From: Candidatus Omnitrophota bacterium
GTDB taxonomy: Bacteria > Omnitrophota > Gorgyraeia > Duberdicusellales > 4484-171
NCBI GenBank assembly: GCA_021735045.1
Contig: JAIPHU010000001.1
Location: forward strand, 75,890 to 107,889
DNA: 32,000 nt
Reading direction: 5' to 3'
How positions within the stretch are numbered: position 1 is the stretch's first letter; every line of letters begins with the position of its first letter. The notes under the pieces were generated by a model. It saw nothing but the letters and a program-made list of their open reading frames with translations, was not told the origin of the DNA and did no database searches. Position numbers and translations under genes: made by a program. This document shows positions 23,954-31,874 of the stretch, in pieces.

Positions 23954-26734
23954 ATGGCTAAAAAATATGTGTATTTTTTCAGTAAGGAAAAGTCAGATGG
24001 CGACAAAAGCATGAAGCAGTTATTAGGGGGCAAAGGTGCAAATTTGGCAGAGATGTCAACTATTGGCCTACCTGTGCCGCCGGGGTTTACTATAACTACA
24101 GAAGTTTGTAAGGATTATTACGAAAATAATCGTAATTATCCTAAAGGTCTTCAGTCGGAAATAGATAAAAATTTAGAACTATTAGAAAAGAACCTCGGTA
24201 AAAAATTAAGTGATAACAATAATCCTTTACTGGTATCAGTAAGAAGTGGTGCTGCAGTATCGATGCCGGGGATGATGGATACCATTTTAAATCTTGGCCT
24301 AAACGACAAAAGTGTAGAGGGGTTAGCAAAACTCACTGATAATCCTCGTTTTGCTTGGGATTCATACCGTCGTTTTATTCAAATGTTTGGAGATGTTGCG
24401 ATGGGTGTACCCCATCATGCCTTTGAACATCAGCTTGAAGAGGTAAAAAGAAAAGTTGCTAAAAAGAAAGGAATAAAAAAAGCTAATTCTTTGGTGCAGG
24501 AGGCTTTAAATAAAGCTGTACCTGATGTTGCATTAGACGTAGACAACTTAAAAGAACTAGTTGATCGTTATAAAAAAGTTTATAAAAAACATAAAAACTC
24601 TAGTTTCCCCCAAGAGCCTAAAAAACAGTTAATGGCAGCAATTGATGCGGTATTTGGTTCATGGAACAATAAAAGAGCTATTGCCTATCGTGAAATAAAC
24701 GGAATCAAAGGCCTTTTAGGTACTGCAGTTAATGTCCAAGCCATGGTATTTGGAAATATGGGCGAGACTTCAGGAACCGGAGTTGGTTTTACCCGTAATC
24801 CTTCAACTGGTGAAGATAAGCTTTACGGAGAATATTTGATGAATGCTCAAGGCGAAGATGTTGTTGCAGGAATTAGGACTCCTCATCCAATTGGTGATAT
24901 GAAAAAAAATGACAAAACAATGTATAATAAGTTGATTGCTGTCAGAAAAAAACTAGAAAATCATTATAAAGATATGCAAGATTTTGAGTTTACCATGGAA
25001 GGCAGTAACCTTTTTATGCTTCAAACCAGAACTGGAAAGCGAACAGCTCAAGCTGCAGTAAAAATTGCAGTAGATATGGTAAAAAGTAAATTTATTTCTC
25101 AAAAAGAAGCTTTATCTAGAGTGACTGCAGAACAGTTAGATCAACTACTTCATCCGATGTTTGACCAAAAGGAAGAGAAGAAAGCTAAGCTTTTTTCAAA
25201 ATCAGGATTACCGGCATCTCCGGGGGCAGCAGTAGGTAAAGCTGTGTTTAATGCTGAAGATGCCCAAAAGCAAAAAGAAGCTGGGGAAAATGTTATTTTG
25301 TGCAGAGTTGAGACTTCACCGGAAGATATAAAAGGAATGCATGCTGCAAAAGGAATATTAACGGCTCGAGGCGGAATGACTTCTCATGCTGCAGTGGTAG
25401 CTAGAGGAATGGGTAAATGTTGTGTGGCTGGAGCAGGGGATATAACTATGGAAGAAAGTAAAAAACAGATGAAAGTTGGTAACAAAACAGTTAAAGAGGG
25501 TGATTTTATCTCTTTAAATGGGACCAAGGGTATAGTTTATCTGGATAAGATTAAAACTATTCCTCCGAAAATGGGCGGCCCGTTTGGAGTATTGATGGGC
25601 TGGGCCAGCAAAATGAAAAAGCTGGGAGTAAGGACTAATGCCGATACTCCCAAAGATACAAAAGTAGCTGTTGAACTAGGAGCAGAAGGTATTGGATTGT
25701 GTAGGACAGAACATATGTTTTTTGAAGGCGAAAGAATTATTTCTTTTCGAAAAATGATTTTAGTAGCTCCGGAGGTAAAAAGCTTAAGAGATAGCTGGGA
25801 AGCAGAAAACGATGAAAAAGAAAAAGCCAAGATTGAAAAACAATTGAAAGGGCCTCTAGATCAATATTTGAAAGCTTTAGGAGAACTACTTCCTTTACAG
25901 AGAAAAGATTTTGAAGGTATTTTTAAAGCTTTAGGTGGTAAACCTTGCACAGTAAGACTACTTGATCCACCCTTACACGAATTTTTACCCCATGACACAG
26001 CAGGACAAAAATCATTAGCGAAAGCTTTAGGGATAAAAGCAGCTCGAGTAAAAAGGACTGTTGAATCCCTGCATGAGATGAATCCGATGCTCGGGCATCG
26101 TGGTTGCCGTCTAGGGATCAGCTATCCGGAAATAACCCAGATGCAAATTAGAGCAATTATTGAAGCGGCCTTAAAAGTATCAGCAAAAAAAACTAAAGTT
26201 AAACCGGAAATAATGGTTCCTTTGGTCGGTAATGTAGAGGAATTTAGATTACAGAAAAAGATAATAGTTGAAACAATTAATCAGGTAAAAAAGAAGAAAA
26301 AATTAAAAAAATTACCTTTTCAGGTAAAGATTGGGACAATGATTGAAGTACCCAGAGCTGCTGTTACTGCAGATAAAATTGCTCAAGAGGCTGATTTCTT
26401 TTCTTTTGGTACCAATGATCTTACTCAGATGGGGTGTGGTTTTTCTCGCGACGATGCAGGAAAATTTTTAGGTGATTATGTTCAATTAGGGATTTATGAA
26501 AAAGATCCTTTTCAAAGCCTAGATTTAGAAGGGGTAGGAGTTTTAGTGGAGACTGCCACTAAATTGGGTAGAAAAGTCAAAAAGAAAATTAAAGTTGGTA
26601 TTTGTGGCGAGCACGGTGGAGATCCAAATTCGGTTAAATTTTGTCATTCTATTGGATTAAACTATGTAAGTTGTTCACCTTTTAGAGTTCCTATTGCACG
26701 TTTAGCTGCGGCTAAAGCAACCTGGCAAAAATAG
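23954..26734 (+). CDS. ppdK: Pyruvate, phosphate dikinase
   Basis: GGKGANLAEMSTIGLPVPPGFTITTE; phospho-His GGMTSHAAVVARGMG; C-terminal PEP/pyruvate domain GICGEHGGDP. 926 aa. Confidence 0.92.
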   Translation: MAKKYVYFFSKEKSDGDKSMKQLLGGKGANLAEMSTIGLPVPPGFTITTEVCKDYYENNRNYPKGLQSEIDKNLELLEKNLGKKLSDNNNPLLVSVRSGAAVSMPGMMDTILNLGLNDKSVEGLAKLTDNPRFAWDSYRRFIQMFGDVAMGVPHHAFEHQLEEVKRKVAKKKGIKKANSLVQEALNKAVPDVALDVDNLKELVDRYKKVYKKHKNSSFPQEPKKQLMAAIDAVFGSWNNKRAIAYREINGIKGLLGTAVNVQAMVFGNMGETSGTGVGFTRNPSTGEDKLYGEYLMNAQGEDVVAGIRTPHPIGDMKKNDKTMYNKLIAVRKKLENHYKDMQDFEFTMEGSNLFMLQTRTGKRTAQAAVKIAVDMVKSKFISQKEALSRVTAEQLDQLLHPMFDQKEEKKAKLFSKSGLPASPGAAVGKAVFNAEDAQKQKEAGENVILCRVETSPEDIKGMHAAKGILTARGGMTSHAAVVARGMGKCCVAGAGDITMEESKKQMKVGNKTVKEGDFISLNGTKGIVYLDKIKTIPPKMGGPFGVLMGWASKMKKLGVRTNADTPKDTKVAVELGAEGIGLCRTEHMFFEGERIISFRKMILVAPEVKSLRDSWEAENDEKEKAKIEKQLKGPLDQYLKALGELLPLQRKDFEGIFKALGGKPCTVRLLDPPLHEFLPHDTAGQKSLAKALGIKAARVKRTVESLHEMNPMLGHRGCRLGISYPEITQMQIRAIIEAALKVSAKKTKVKPEIMVPLVGNVEEFRLQKKIIVETINQVKKKKKLKKLPFQVKIGTMIEVPRAAVTADKIAQEADFFSFGTNDLTQMGCGFSRDDAGKFLGDYVQLGIYEKDPFQSLDLEGVGVLVETATKLGRKVKKKIKVGICGEHGGDPNSVKFCHSIGLNYVSCSPFRVPIARLAAAKATWQK

Positions 26735-26776
26735 CTCATAGTTTATGGCTCATGGCTGGTAGATAAAGAGTAAAGA
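26735..26776. repeat. Heptamer-period word array CTCATAG TTTATGG CTCATGG CTGGTAG ATAAAGA GTAAAGA
   Basis: Starts at the first base after the ppdK stop. 7-bp period read by eye. Confidence 0.5.
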
Positions 26777-26788
26777 AAGCAAAAATGT

Positions 26789-26835
26789 ATCCATTTATTC
26801 GCGAAGCGAATCTTACCCGAAGGGTAATAATGGAT
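26789..26835 (+). other. Compact three-way-junction-like element: outer stem ATCCATT/AATGGAT enclosing two GAA-loop hairpins
   Basis: ATTCGC-GAA-GCGAAT (26797-26811) and TTACCC-GAA-GGGTAA (26813-26827), bracketed by ATCCATTTA (26789-26797) and TAATGGAT (26828-26835). Confidence 0.5.
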
Positions 26836-26916
26836 CCATCAATGTTATAAATAGTAAAAATTGTTTACAAATAAACACATTGTTGTGTTGTCAAAAAAAA
26901 GTAAACAAATAAAGAG

Positions 26917-27735
26917 ATGAATGCGATAAGGGCTTATTTAGAACGGATTAAAGATCTTCCGGTATTAACTAAAGAGGAAGAAGTGGAGCTTATTGAAAAA
27001 GCTAAACAGGGGGATCGACCTGCACGCAGAAGATTAATTAACTGTAACTTAAAACTTGTAGTTAATATTGCAAAGCACTATACCCATCTAACTCTTTCTT
27101 TGATGGATTTAATTGCTGAAGGAAACATTGGCCTGATGCGGGCTATTGATAAATTTGACACTACTCGTGGATTTCGTTTTTCAACTTATGCTGCCTGGTG
27201 GATTAGACAAGCTATAACTAGAGCAATTATCGATCAAGGCAAAACAATTCGTGTTCCGGTCTATGCTAGCGAATTTATTTCTAAATATAAAAAAGCCCAA
27301 GAAATTTTACGCCAAAAATTAAATCGTGAGCCAAACAGGAAAGAAATTGCAAAGCAATTGAAAGTTTCAGAAGATAAAGTTGCTGAGATTGAACTTTGGA
27401 TACAAAAAAAGTCGTCTCTAGAGGCTCCAGTCGGGAAGCAAGGTGACTCAGAGTTTGGTGACTTTATAGTTTCTGATAGAGATTCTGATACAAATAAAGC
27501 AGTTAATAAGATATTTAGACGGGAAAAGATAGATTATTTGTTTGATGCCTTAAGCAAAAGAGAAAGATTAATTTTGGATTTGCGTTTTGGAATAAGCGAT
27601 GGTGCTTCTCACACTTTGGCTGAGATTTCTCAGGAATTGGGTATATCTAGAGAAAGAGTAAGACAGGTTGAGAAAGAAGCCCTTAAAAAATTAAAAAAAT
27701 ATTCGGAAAAAGAGAAAAAAAGAAAAATCAAATAA
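26917..27735 (+). CDS. RNA polymerase sigma-70 family factor (RpoD/RpoS-like regions 2-4, no long region 1)
   Basis: DLIAEGNIGLMRAIDKFD, FSTYAAWWIRQAITRAI (region 2), TLAEISQELGISRERVRQVEKEALKKLK (region 4.2). Confidence 0.85.
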   Translation: MNAIRAYLERIKDLPVLTKEEEVELIEKAKQGDRPARRRLINCNLKLVVNIAKHYTHLTLSLMDLIAEGNIGLMRAIDKFDTTRGFRFSTYAAWWIRQAITRAIIDQGKTIRVPVYASEFISKYKKAQEILRQKLNREPNRKEIAKQLKVSEDKVAEIELWIQKKSSLEAPVGKQGDSEFGDFIVSDRDSDTNKAVNKIFRREKIDYLFDALSKRERLILDLRFGISDGASHTLAEISQELGISRERVRQVEKEALKKLKKYSEKEKKRKIK

Positions 27736-27762
27736 AGTTAATTAACTTAAGGCGGTAGGATA

Positions 27763-28275
27763 ATGAAATTAGAGAATTATATAAGAAGTATTCCTGATTT
27801 TCCGAAAAAAGGTATATTATTTAGAGACATAACCACTTTGCTTAGTGAACAAAAAGCTTTTCGTAAAGCAATAAATGATTTAGCAAAGATGCTAAAGGGT
27901 AAAAAAATTGACTATATTGTGAGTGCCGAAGCTAGGGGTTTTATTTTTGGTGGAGCTCTTGCTTATAAATTAAACTGTGGTTTTATTCCGGTAAGAAAAC
28001 CCGGGAAACTTCCTTATAAAACTTATTGTCATTCTTATGCTCTTGAATATGGTAAAGATAGTTTAGAGATACATAAAGATGCTTTTTCTAAAGGATCAAA
28101 AGTTTTGGTTTTAGATGATCTGTTAGCAACTGGAGGCACTGCTTTAGCTTTGGCTAAGTTAGTGGAAAAGCTGGGTGGGAAAATAGCAGCAATAGCTTTT
28201 CTAATTGAATTAAAAGGGCTGGACGGGCGAAAAAAAATGAAAAAATACCCCACCTACTCTCTAATCAAATTCTAA
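27763..28275 (+). CDS. apt: Adenine phosphoribosyltransferase
   Basis: IRSIPDFPKKGILFRDITTLL; PRPP motif VLVLDDLLATGGTA; 170 aa. Confidence 0.92.
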   Translation: MKLENYIRSIPDFPKKGILFRDITTLLSEQKAFRKAINDLAKMLKGKKIDYIVSAEARGFIFGGALAYKLNCGFIPVRKPGKLPYKTYCHSYALEYGKDSLEIHKDAFSKGSKVLVLDDLLATGGTALALAKLVEKLGGKIAAIAFLIELKGLDGRKKMKKYPTYSLIKF

Positions 28276-28314
28276 ACACAGATAAACACAGATAGATTAC
28301 AGATGCACACAGAT
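28276..28314. repeat. Decamer-period array, 4 units ending in CAGAT (ACACAGAT AAACACAGAT AGATTACAGAT GCACACAGAT)
   Basis: CAGAT at 28279, 28289, 28300 and 28310. Begins at the first base after the apt stop. Paralogous to 28871-28908. Confidence 0.7.
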
Positions 28315-28395
28315 ATTATCGCAAAGTTTTGATAAAATAATTCGTCTTTTCGTCCATCATCTTTTCGTTTATCGGAACAAGGTGTTAGCGAGCAC

Positions 28396-28468
28396 GCCCC
28401 TATAGCTCAAATGGATAGAGCGCGGCCCTCCTAAGGCTGAAATCCCTGTTCGAATCAGGGTGGGGGCA
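28396..28468 (+). tRNA. tRNA-Arg (anticodon CCT)
   Basis: Hand-folded cloverleaf. Acceptor GCCCCTA/TGGGGGC, D arm GCTC/GAGC, anticodon arm CGGCC-CTCCTAA-GGCTG (CCT at 28430-28432, flanked by T33 and A37), T arm CCCTG-TTCGAAT-CAGGG, discriminator A. CCA is not encoded. Confidence 0.9.
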
Positions 28469-28474
28469 TAATAA

Positions 28475-28509
28475 AGTCCATAGTCGATAGTCGATAGTTG
28501 ATAGTGAGT
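28475..28509. repeat. Heptamer array AGTCCAT AGTCGAT AGTCGAT AGTTGAT AGTGAGT
   Basis: Begins 7 nt after the tRNA 3' end. Successive units are 6/7, 7/7, 6/7 and 4/7 identical. Confidence 0.7.
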
Positions 28510-28525
28510 ATCAAGATAATTTTTC

Positions 28526-28553
28526 TTGACAGTTTAAAAAATTAGAATAGAAT
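28526..28553 (+). promoter_or_regulatory. Sigma-70 type promoter for the riboswitch-receptor transcript
   Basis: TTGACA (28526-28531), 16-nt spacer, TAGAAT (28548-28553). Confidence 0.55.
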
Positions 28554-28588
28554 CAAATCAAGTGTTCTTTAAAAAACAAAAAAAATAA

Positions 28589-28763
28589 TTTTTTGGTGCC
28601 GCAAGGCTTAATAGGGAACCCTGTATAAGTCAGGGGCTCTCCCGGAGCTGTAAAGAGGAACGAAAGTTACAACCCCATACAATTGGGTAAAAGCCACTGT
28701 CTATTTTGACTGGAAGGCGTAGCAAGTAGGTTATTATCTCTGAGCCAGAAGACCTGCCAAAAA
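28589..28763 (+). promoter_or_regulatory. Cobalamin (B12) riboswitch aptamer
   Basis: P1 TTTTTGG...CCAAAAA. Conserved blocks AATAGGGAA, GCTCTCCCGGAGCTGTAA, GCCACTG, GGAAGGC, and B12 box AGCCAGAAGACCTGCC. Located upstream of a TonB-dependent receptor. Confidence 0.85.
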
Positions 28764-28832
28764 TGATTTGCTTTAGAGTTACGAGGAATAACGCTAGAGT
28801 TTTTTTAATTTCGGGACAAGAAAATCAGGGTG

Positions 28833-28868
28833 CACCCCGACCATTTACGGTCGGGGTGTTTTTATTTT
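28833..28868 (+). terminator. Intrinsic terminator (probable riboswitch expression platform)
   Basis: CACCCCGACC-ATTTAC-GGTCGGGGTG followed by TTTTTATTTT. Confidence 0.8.
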
Positions 28869-28870
28869 AA

Positions 28871-28908
28871 ACACAGATAGATACAGATAATTTTAGATTC
28901 ACACAGAT
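28871..28908. repeat. Decamer-period array ACACAGAT AGATACAGAT AATTTTAGAT TCACACAGAT
   Basis: AGAT at 28875, 28885, 28895 and 28905, an exact 10-bp phase. Paralogue of 28276-28314. Confidence 0.7.
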
Positions 28909-28964
28909 GATATTTTATCAACGAATGTACGAATCAGTTACGAATATACGAACAAAATAATCTT

Positions 28965-28999
28965 ATGCAACAAAACAGGTTCAAACAAAAATGTTGCAT
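28965..28999 (+). repeat. 35-bp hairpin repeat, copy 1 (ATGCAACA - 19 nt loop - TGTTGCAT), REP-like
   Basis: 34/35 identical to 31875-31909, same orientation. 8-bp perfect stem. Abuts the receptor RBS (AGGAGG 29001-29006). Confidence 0.75.
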
Positions 29000-29012
29000 T
29001 AGGAGGTGTAAG

Positions 29013-31067
29013 ATGAAAAAATTGTTGTTTTTAGGCTTTGGTCTTTTGCTTTTTAGTTTCAATTTTTGTTTAGCCGACAATTCCCACCGCGGAGGTAGGA
29101 ACCAGCAAGAATCAGCAATAAGGCTAGAAGAGATTGTAGTTACTCCGTATCGCTATCCACAAAAAGTGCAAAAAGCACCTGTTTCGATAGGCGTAATTAC
29201 TCAGGAAGATATTAAAAAATCTAATGCTCAAACTATACCGGATGTATTAAGAACTCAAGCTGGTTTAGTGGTGCGTGATTATTATGGTACAGGGACTAGG
29301 GTGGCGGTAGATTTGCGTGGTTTTGGAGAAACGGCAGGGAGTAATACTTTAGTTTTAGTGGATGGAAGAAGGGTTAATGAAATTGATTTAAGCGGAGTTG
29401 ATTGGAACCAGATTCCTTTAGATAGAGTAGAGAAGATTGAGATTGCTAGAGGATCACATTCGGTATTATACGGTGATAATGCTGTAGGGGGTGTAATTAA
29501 TATTATTACCAAAAAAGGAAAAGGTGATTTAAATTTTGAAATTGATACGGTTGGCGGAAGTTACGATATGAACAAGCAAAAAATTTATCTTAGCGGTTCT
29601 CAAAATGAATTCAGTTATTTTTTAGGCGCAAACCGTCATTACACCAAAGGCTATCGAGAAAACAGTTTTTATGAAGGGAATGATTTCTCCGGCAGGTTTA
29701 CTTATAACTTTTCTGATTTTTTATCTCTTGGTTTAAGTGGAGGTTACAATGATTCTGATTTTGGGTTGCCTGGGGCTTTACGGGAAAGTGATTTAGATAA
29801 TAGGTCGCGCCGTGATACAAAATATCCTGATGATGAAGTTAGCCAGACAGATTGGTTTACAGATTTAAATATTGAAATTAACCCCACTAGTGATTTCCAA
29901 ATAAATACTCATTTTTCTTTTCGCCGCAAAAAAGTTGATAATGATCTACGTAGCAGTAGCTATATTTGGAAAAGCAACATTGATACATTTGGGTTTACTC
30001 CATCATTTAAGCTAGAGAAAGAAATATTTGGCAGGGAGTCTGTCTTAACGGGGGGTATAGACTTATACCATTCTGAATCAGAAATGGACGATTATTCTTT
30101 TTATGGTCTGTCCTTTTATGAAGGTTCAAAGATGCGGGAGACGGATATTAATAAGAAAACAATAGGATATTATTTGCAAAATGAGATTTCTTTGTTTGAT
30201 TATTTAATTTTTAACGCGGGTTATCGTTATGAAAAAGCAAAATATAGCTTTAATTCTCAACCTATTTCTGGTGCATGGACGATGGATCCATTTTGGTCGG
30301 ATACTAAAGTGAATGAAAAACTAAGCGTTAGCGAAGAAGCTTTAAATGTTGGTTTGAATTATATTTATAACGATTTTTCGCGCCTTTTTATTCGTTTTTC
30401 CAAAGGATATCGGCTTCCGGCAACTGATGAATATTATAGTATTTGGGCAGCCCCTCCGGTAAATACTGATCTTTGCCCCCAAAGCTTTGATAGTTACGAA
30501 ATAGGTCTGGCTCATGGATTTAGCTCTAATATCAGCATTGAGTTAACCTTATTTAATATGAATATTAAAAATGAGTTGTATTATGATCCTATAAGTTTTG
30601 AAAATCGAAATTATGATAAAACTAGGCACAGAGGTGTTGAATTCGGATTTAGCTGGAAACCTTTAGAGCAGTTGTCTTTTTTGAGTAGTTATACTTATAC
30701 GAGTGCTTCTTTTAGAGGCGGCGATTATAATCGAAATCAGATTCCCATGGTACCTCATCACAAGGCGTCTTTAAGTTCAACTTGGCAGATAAATAAAAAT
30801 TGGCAACTTAGCACCGTATTGAACTATACAGGCAGGCGTTATTTTATCAGCGATCAGTCGAATGAATACCCGAAGATGAAAGATTATTTAACTGTAGACT
30901 TAAAAGGTTCTTATCGATTTGGAAATAATAGAGTATTTGCCGGTATAAATGATGTTTTTGATAAAAAGTACTCGGAATACGGTGCGATATCAACAATGTA
31001 TAACGAAAGAGGTTATTATCCATCGCCTGGGCGTAATTTTATTGCCGGATGTTCGTTTAGGTTTTGA
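29013..31067 (+). CDS. TonB-dependent outer-membrane receptor (BtuB-like by riboswitch context)
   Basis: Start at ATG 29013 behind AGGAGG. Signal peptide MKKLLFLGFGLLLFSFNFCLA, TonB-box-like EEIVVTP, plug motifs (VDGRRVN, IEIARGSHSVLYG), C-terminal ...GCSFRF. Confidence 0.88.
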   Translation: MKKLLFLGFGLLLFSFNFCLADNSHRGGRNQQESAIRLEEIVVTPYRYPQKVQKAPVSIGVITQEDIKKSNAQTIPDVLRTQAGLVVRDYYGTGTRVAVDLRGFGETAGSNTLVLVDGRRVNEIDLSGVDWNQIPLDRVEKIEIARGSHSVLYGDNAVGGVINIITKKGKGDLNFEIDTVGGSYDMNKQKIYLSGSQNEFSYFLGANRHYTKGYRENSFYEGNDFSGRFTYNFSDFLSLGLSGGYNDSDFGLPGALRESDLDNRSRRDTKYPDDEVSQTDWFTDLNIEINPTSDFQINTHFSFRRKKVDNDLRSSSYIWKSNIDTFGFTPSFKLEKEIFGRESVLTGGIDLYHSESEMDDYSFYGLSFYEGSKMRETDINKKTIGYYLQNEISLFDYLIFNAGYRYEKAKYSFNSQPISGAWTMDPFWSDTKVNEKLSVSEEALNVGLNYIYNDFSRLFIRFSKGYRLPATDEYYSIWAAPPVNTDLCPQSFDSYEIGLAHGFSSNISIELTLFNMNIKNELYYDPISFENRNYDKTRHRGVEFGFSWKPLEQLSFLSSYTYTSASFRGGDYNRNQIPMVPHHKASLSSTWQINKNWQLSTVLNYTGRRYFISDQSNEYPKMKDYLTVDLKGSYRFGNNRVFAGINDVFDKKYSEYGAISTMYNERGYYPSPGRNFIAGCSFRF

Positions 31068-31074
31068 TTGTAAT

Positions 31075-31712
31075 ATCTCATCGTAATTAATGTTGTAAGC
31101 CATACTGCAAATTATTTTTTTTAAATTTTTTGAAAGAATTTCGGCGTTTGTTTCGTCTATATAGTAGAGGGGAAACAATGCCGGGTAAACGTAGATCAAT
31201 CAGATTAAAAGAATATGATTATGCCCAACAGGGCGCGTATTTTGTCACCATATGTGTAAATAACCGGAAATGTTTGTTTGGTGATGTATTTAATGGGGAA
31301 ATGATATTAAACGAACGTGGTAGAATTGTTCAACAGGAATGGCATAAAACGGGGAAAATCCGTAAAAATATTGAATTGGATGAATTTGTTATAATGCCGA
31401 ACCATTTGCATGGCATAATAAATATTGTAGGGGCACATTGCAATGTGCCCCTACATGACCGTATTGAACAATTTGGCCGTTCTACGTCAAATTCAATACC
31501 AACAATTGTTAAATTATTTAAATCAACAACAACCAAACAAATAAATATAATTCGAAATACCGCCGGTATTCGTCTTTGGCAACGCAATTATTACGAGCAT
31601 GTTATTCGCAATGAGTTCGAATTAAACTGCATTCGCGAATACATCGCGACTAATCCAGCCAATTGGAAACAGGATCAATATTATTCTGAATAAGGCATCT
31701 CAACCGTAATTA
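31075..31712 (+). mobile_element. RAYT cassette delimited by 15/16-nt direct repeats ATCTCA(T/AC)CGTAATTA
   Basis: Repeats at 31075-31089 and 31697-31712. Each follows a stop codon within 3-7 nt. The downstream copy contains the perfect palindrome CGTAATTACG. Confidence 0.4.
31178..31693 (+). CDS. REP-associated tyrosine transposase (RAYT) / IS200-like Y1 HUH transposase
   Basis: YFVTICVNNRKCLFG N-terminal strand, HUH motif MPNHLHGII, catalytic Tyr region LWQRNYYEHVIRNE, YIATNPANW. Start at ATG 31178 behind GAGGGG. Confidence 0.8.
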   Translation: MPGKRRSIRLKEYDYAQQGAYFVTICVNNRKCLFGDVFNGEMILNERGRIVQQEWHKTGKIRKNIELDEFVIMPNHLHGIINIVGAHCNVPLHDRIEQFGRSTSNSIPTIVKLFKSTTTKQINIIRNTAGIRLWQRNYYEHVIRNEFELNCIREYIATNPANWKQDQYYSE

Positions 31713-31874
31713 CGAGTTAGTGGAGGGCTACCAAACCCCCGAATTTTCCTGGTATTTAGGTGCCAAATACACCTTCTAAGTGTTTTTATAGAGCAGGTGT
31801 TCTACTCCATGCTTGATTGAAGCTAAACTCCAATCAAATTTCCATTATGCAACAATATACCTTCTAAAGTCCTA

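Noticed and set aside
24526-24537. 12-nt match (ATGTTGCATTAG) between ppdK coding sequence and the 3' arm of hairpin copy 1
   Set aside because: A match of this length is expected by chance in 32 kb of AT-rich DNA searched on both strands, and there is no flanking similarity.
25740-25880. Extra ~25-aa Lys/Glu-rich segment (APEVKSLRDSWEAENDEKEKAKIEKQLKG) making PpdK longer than usual
   Set aside because: It is a low-complexity surface-loop-type insertion. There is no sign of a mobile element, intein motifs or a frameshift.
28276-28953. CRISPR array?
   Set aside because: Repeat periods are 7-11 bp with no unique spacers. CRISPR repeats are ~24-48 bp separated by similar-length spacers, and no cas genes are present.
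28965-29012. Track ORF starts the TonB-dependent receptor at ATG 28965 (MQQNRFKQKCCIRRCK...)
   Set aside because: Those 16 codons are the 35-bp hairpin repeat. AGGAGG at 29001-29006 precedes ATG 29013, and MKKLLFLGFGLLLF is a proper signal peptide.
28396-31712. tRNA-Arg-linked genomic island carrying the receptor and RAYT
   Set aside because: No integrase is present. The only echo of the tRNA 3' end is a 10-nt match (AATCAGGGTG at 28452-28461 and 28823-28832), which lies within the riboswitch terminator region. That is too short to call an att site.
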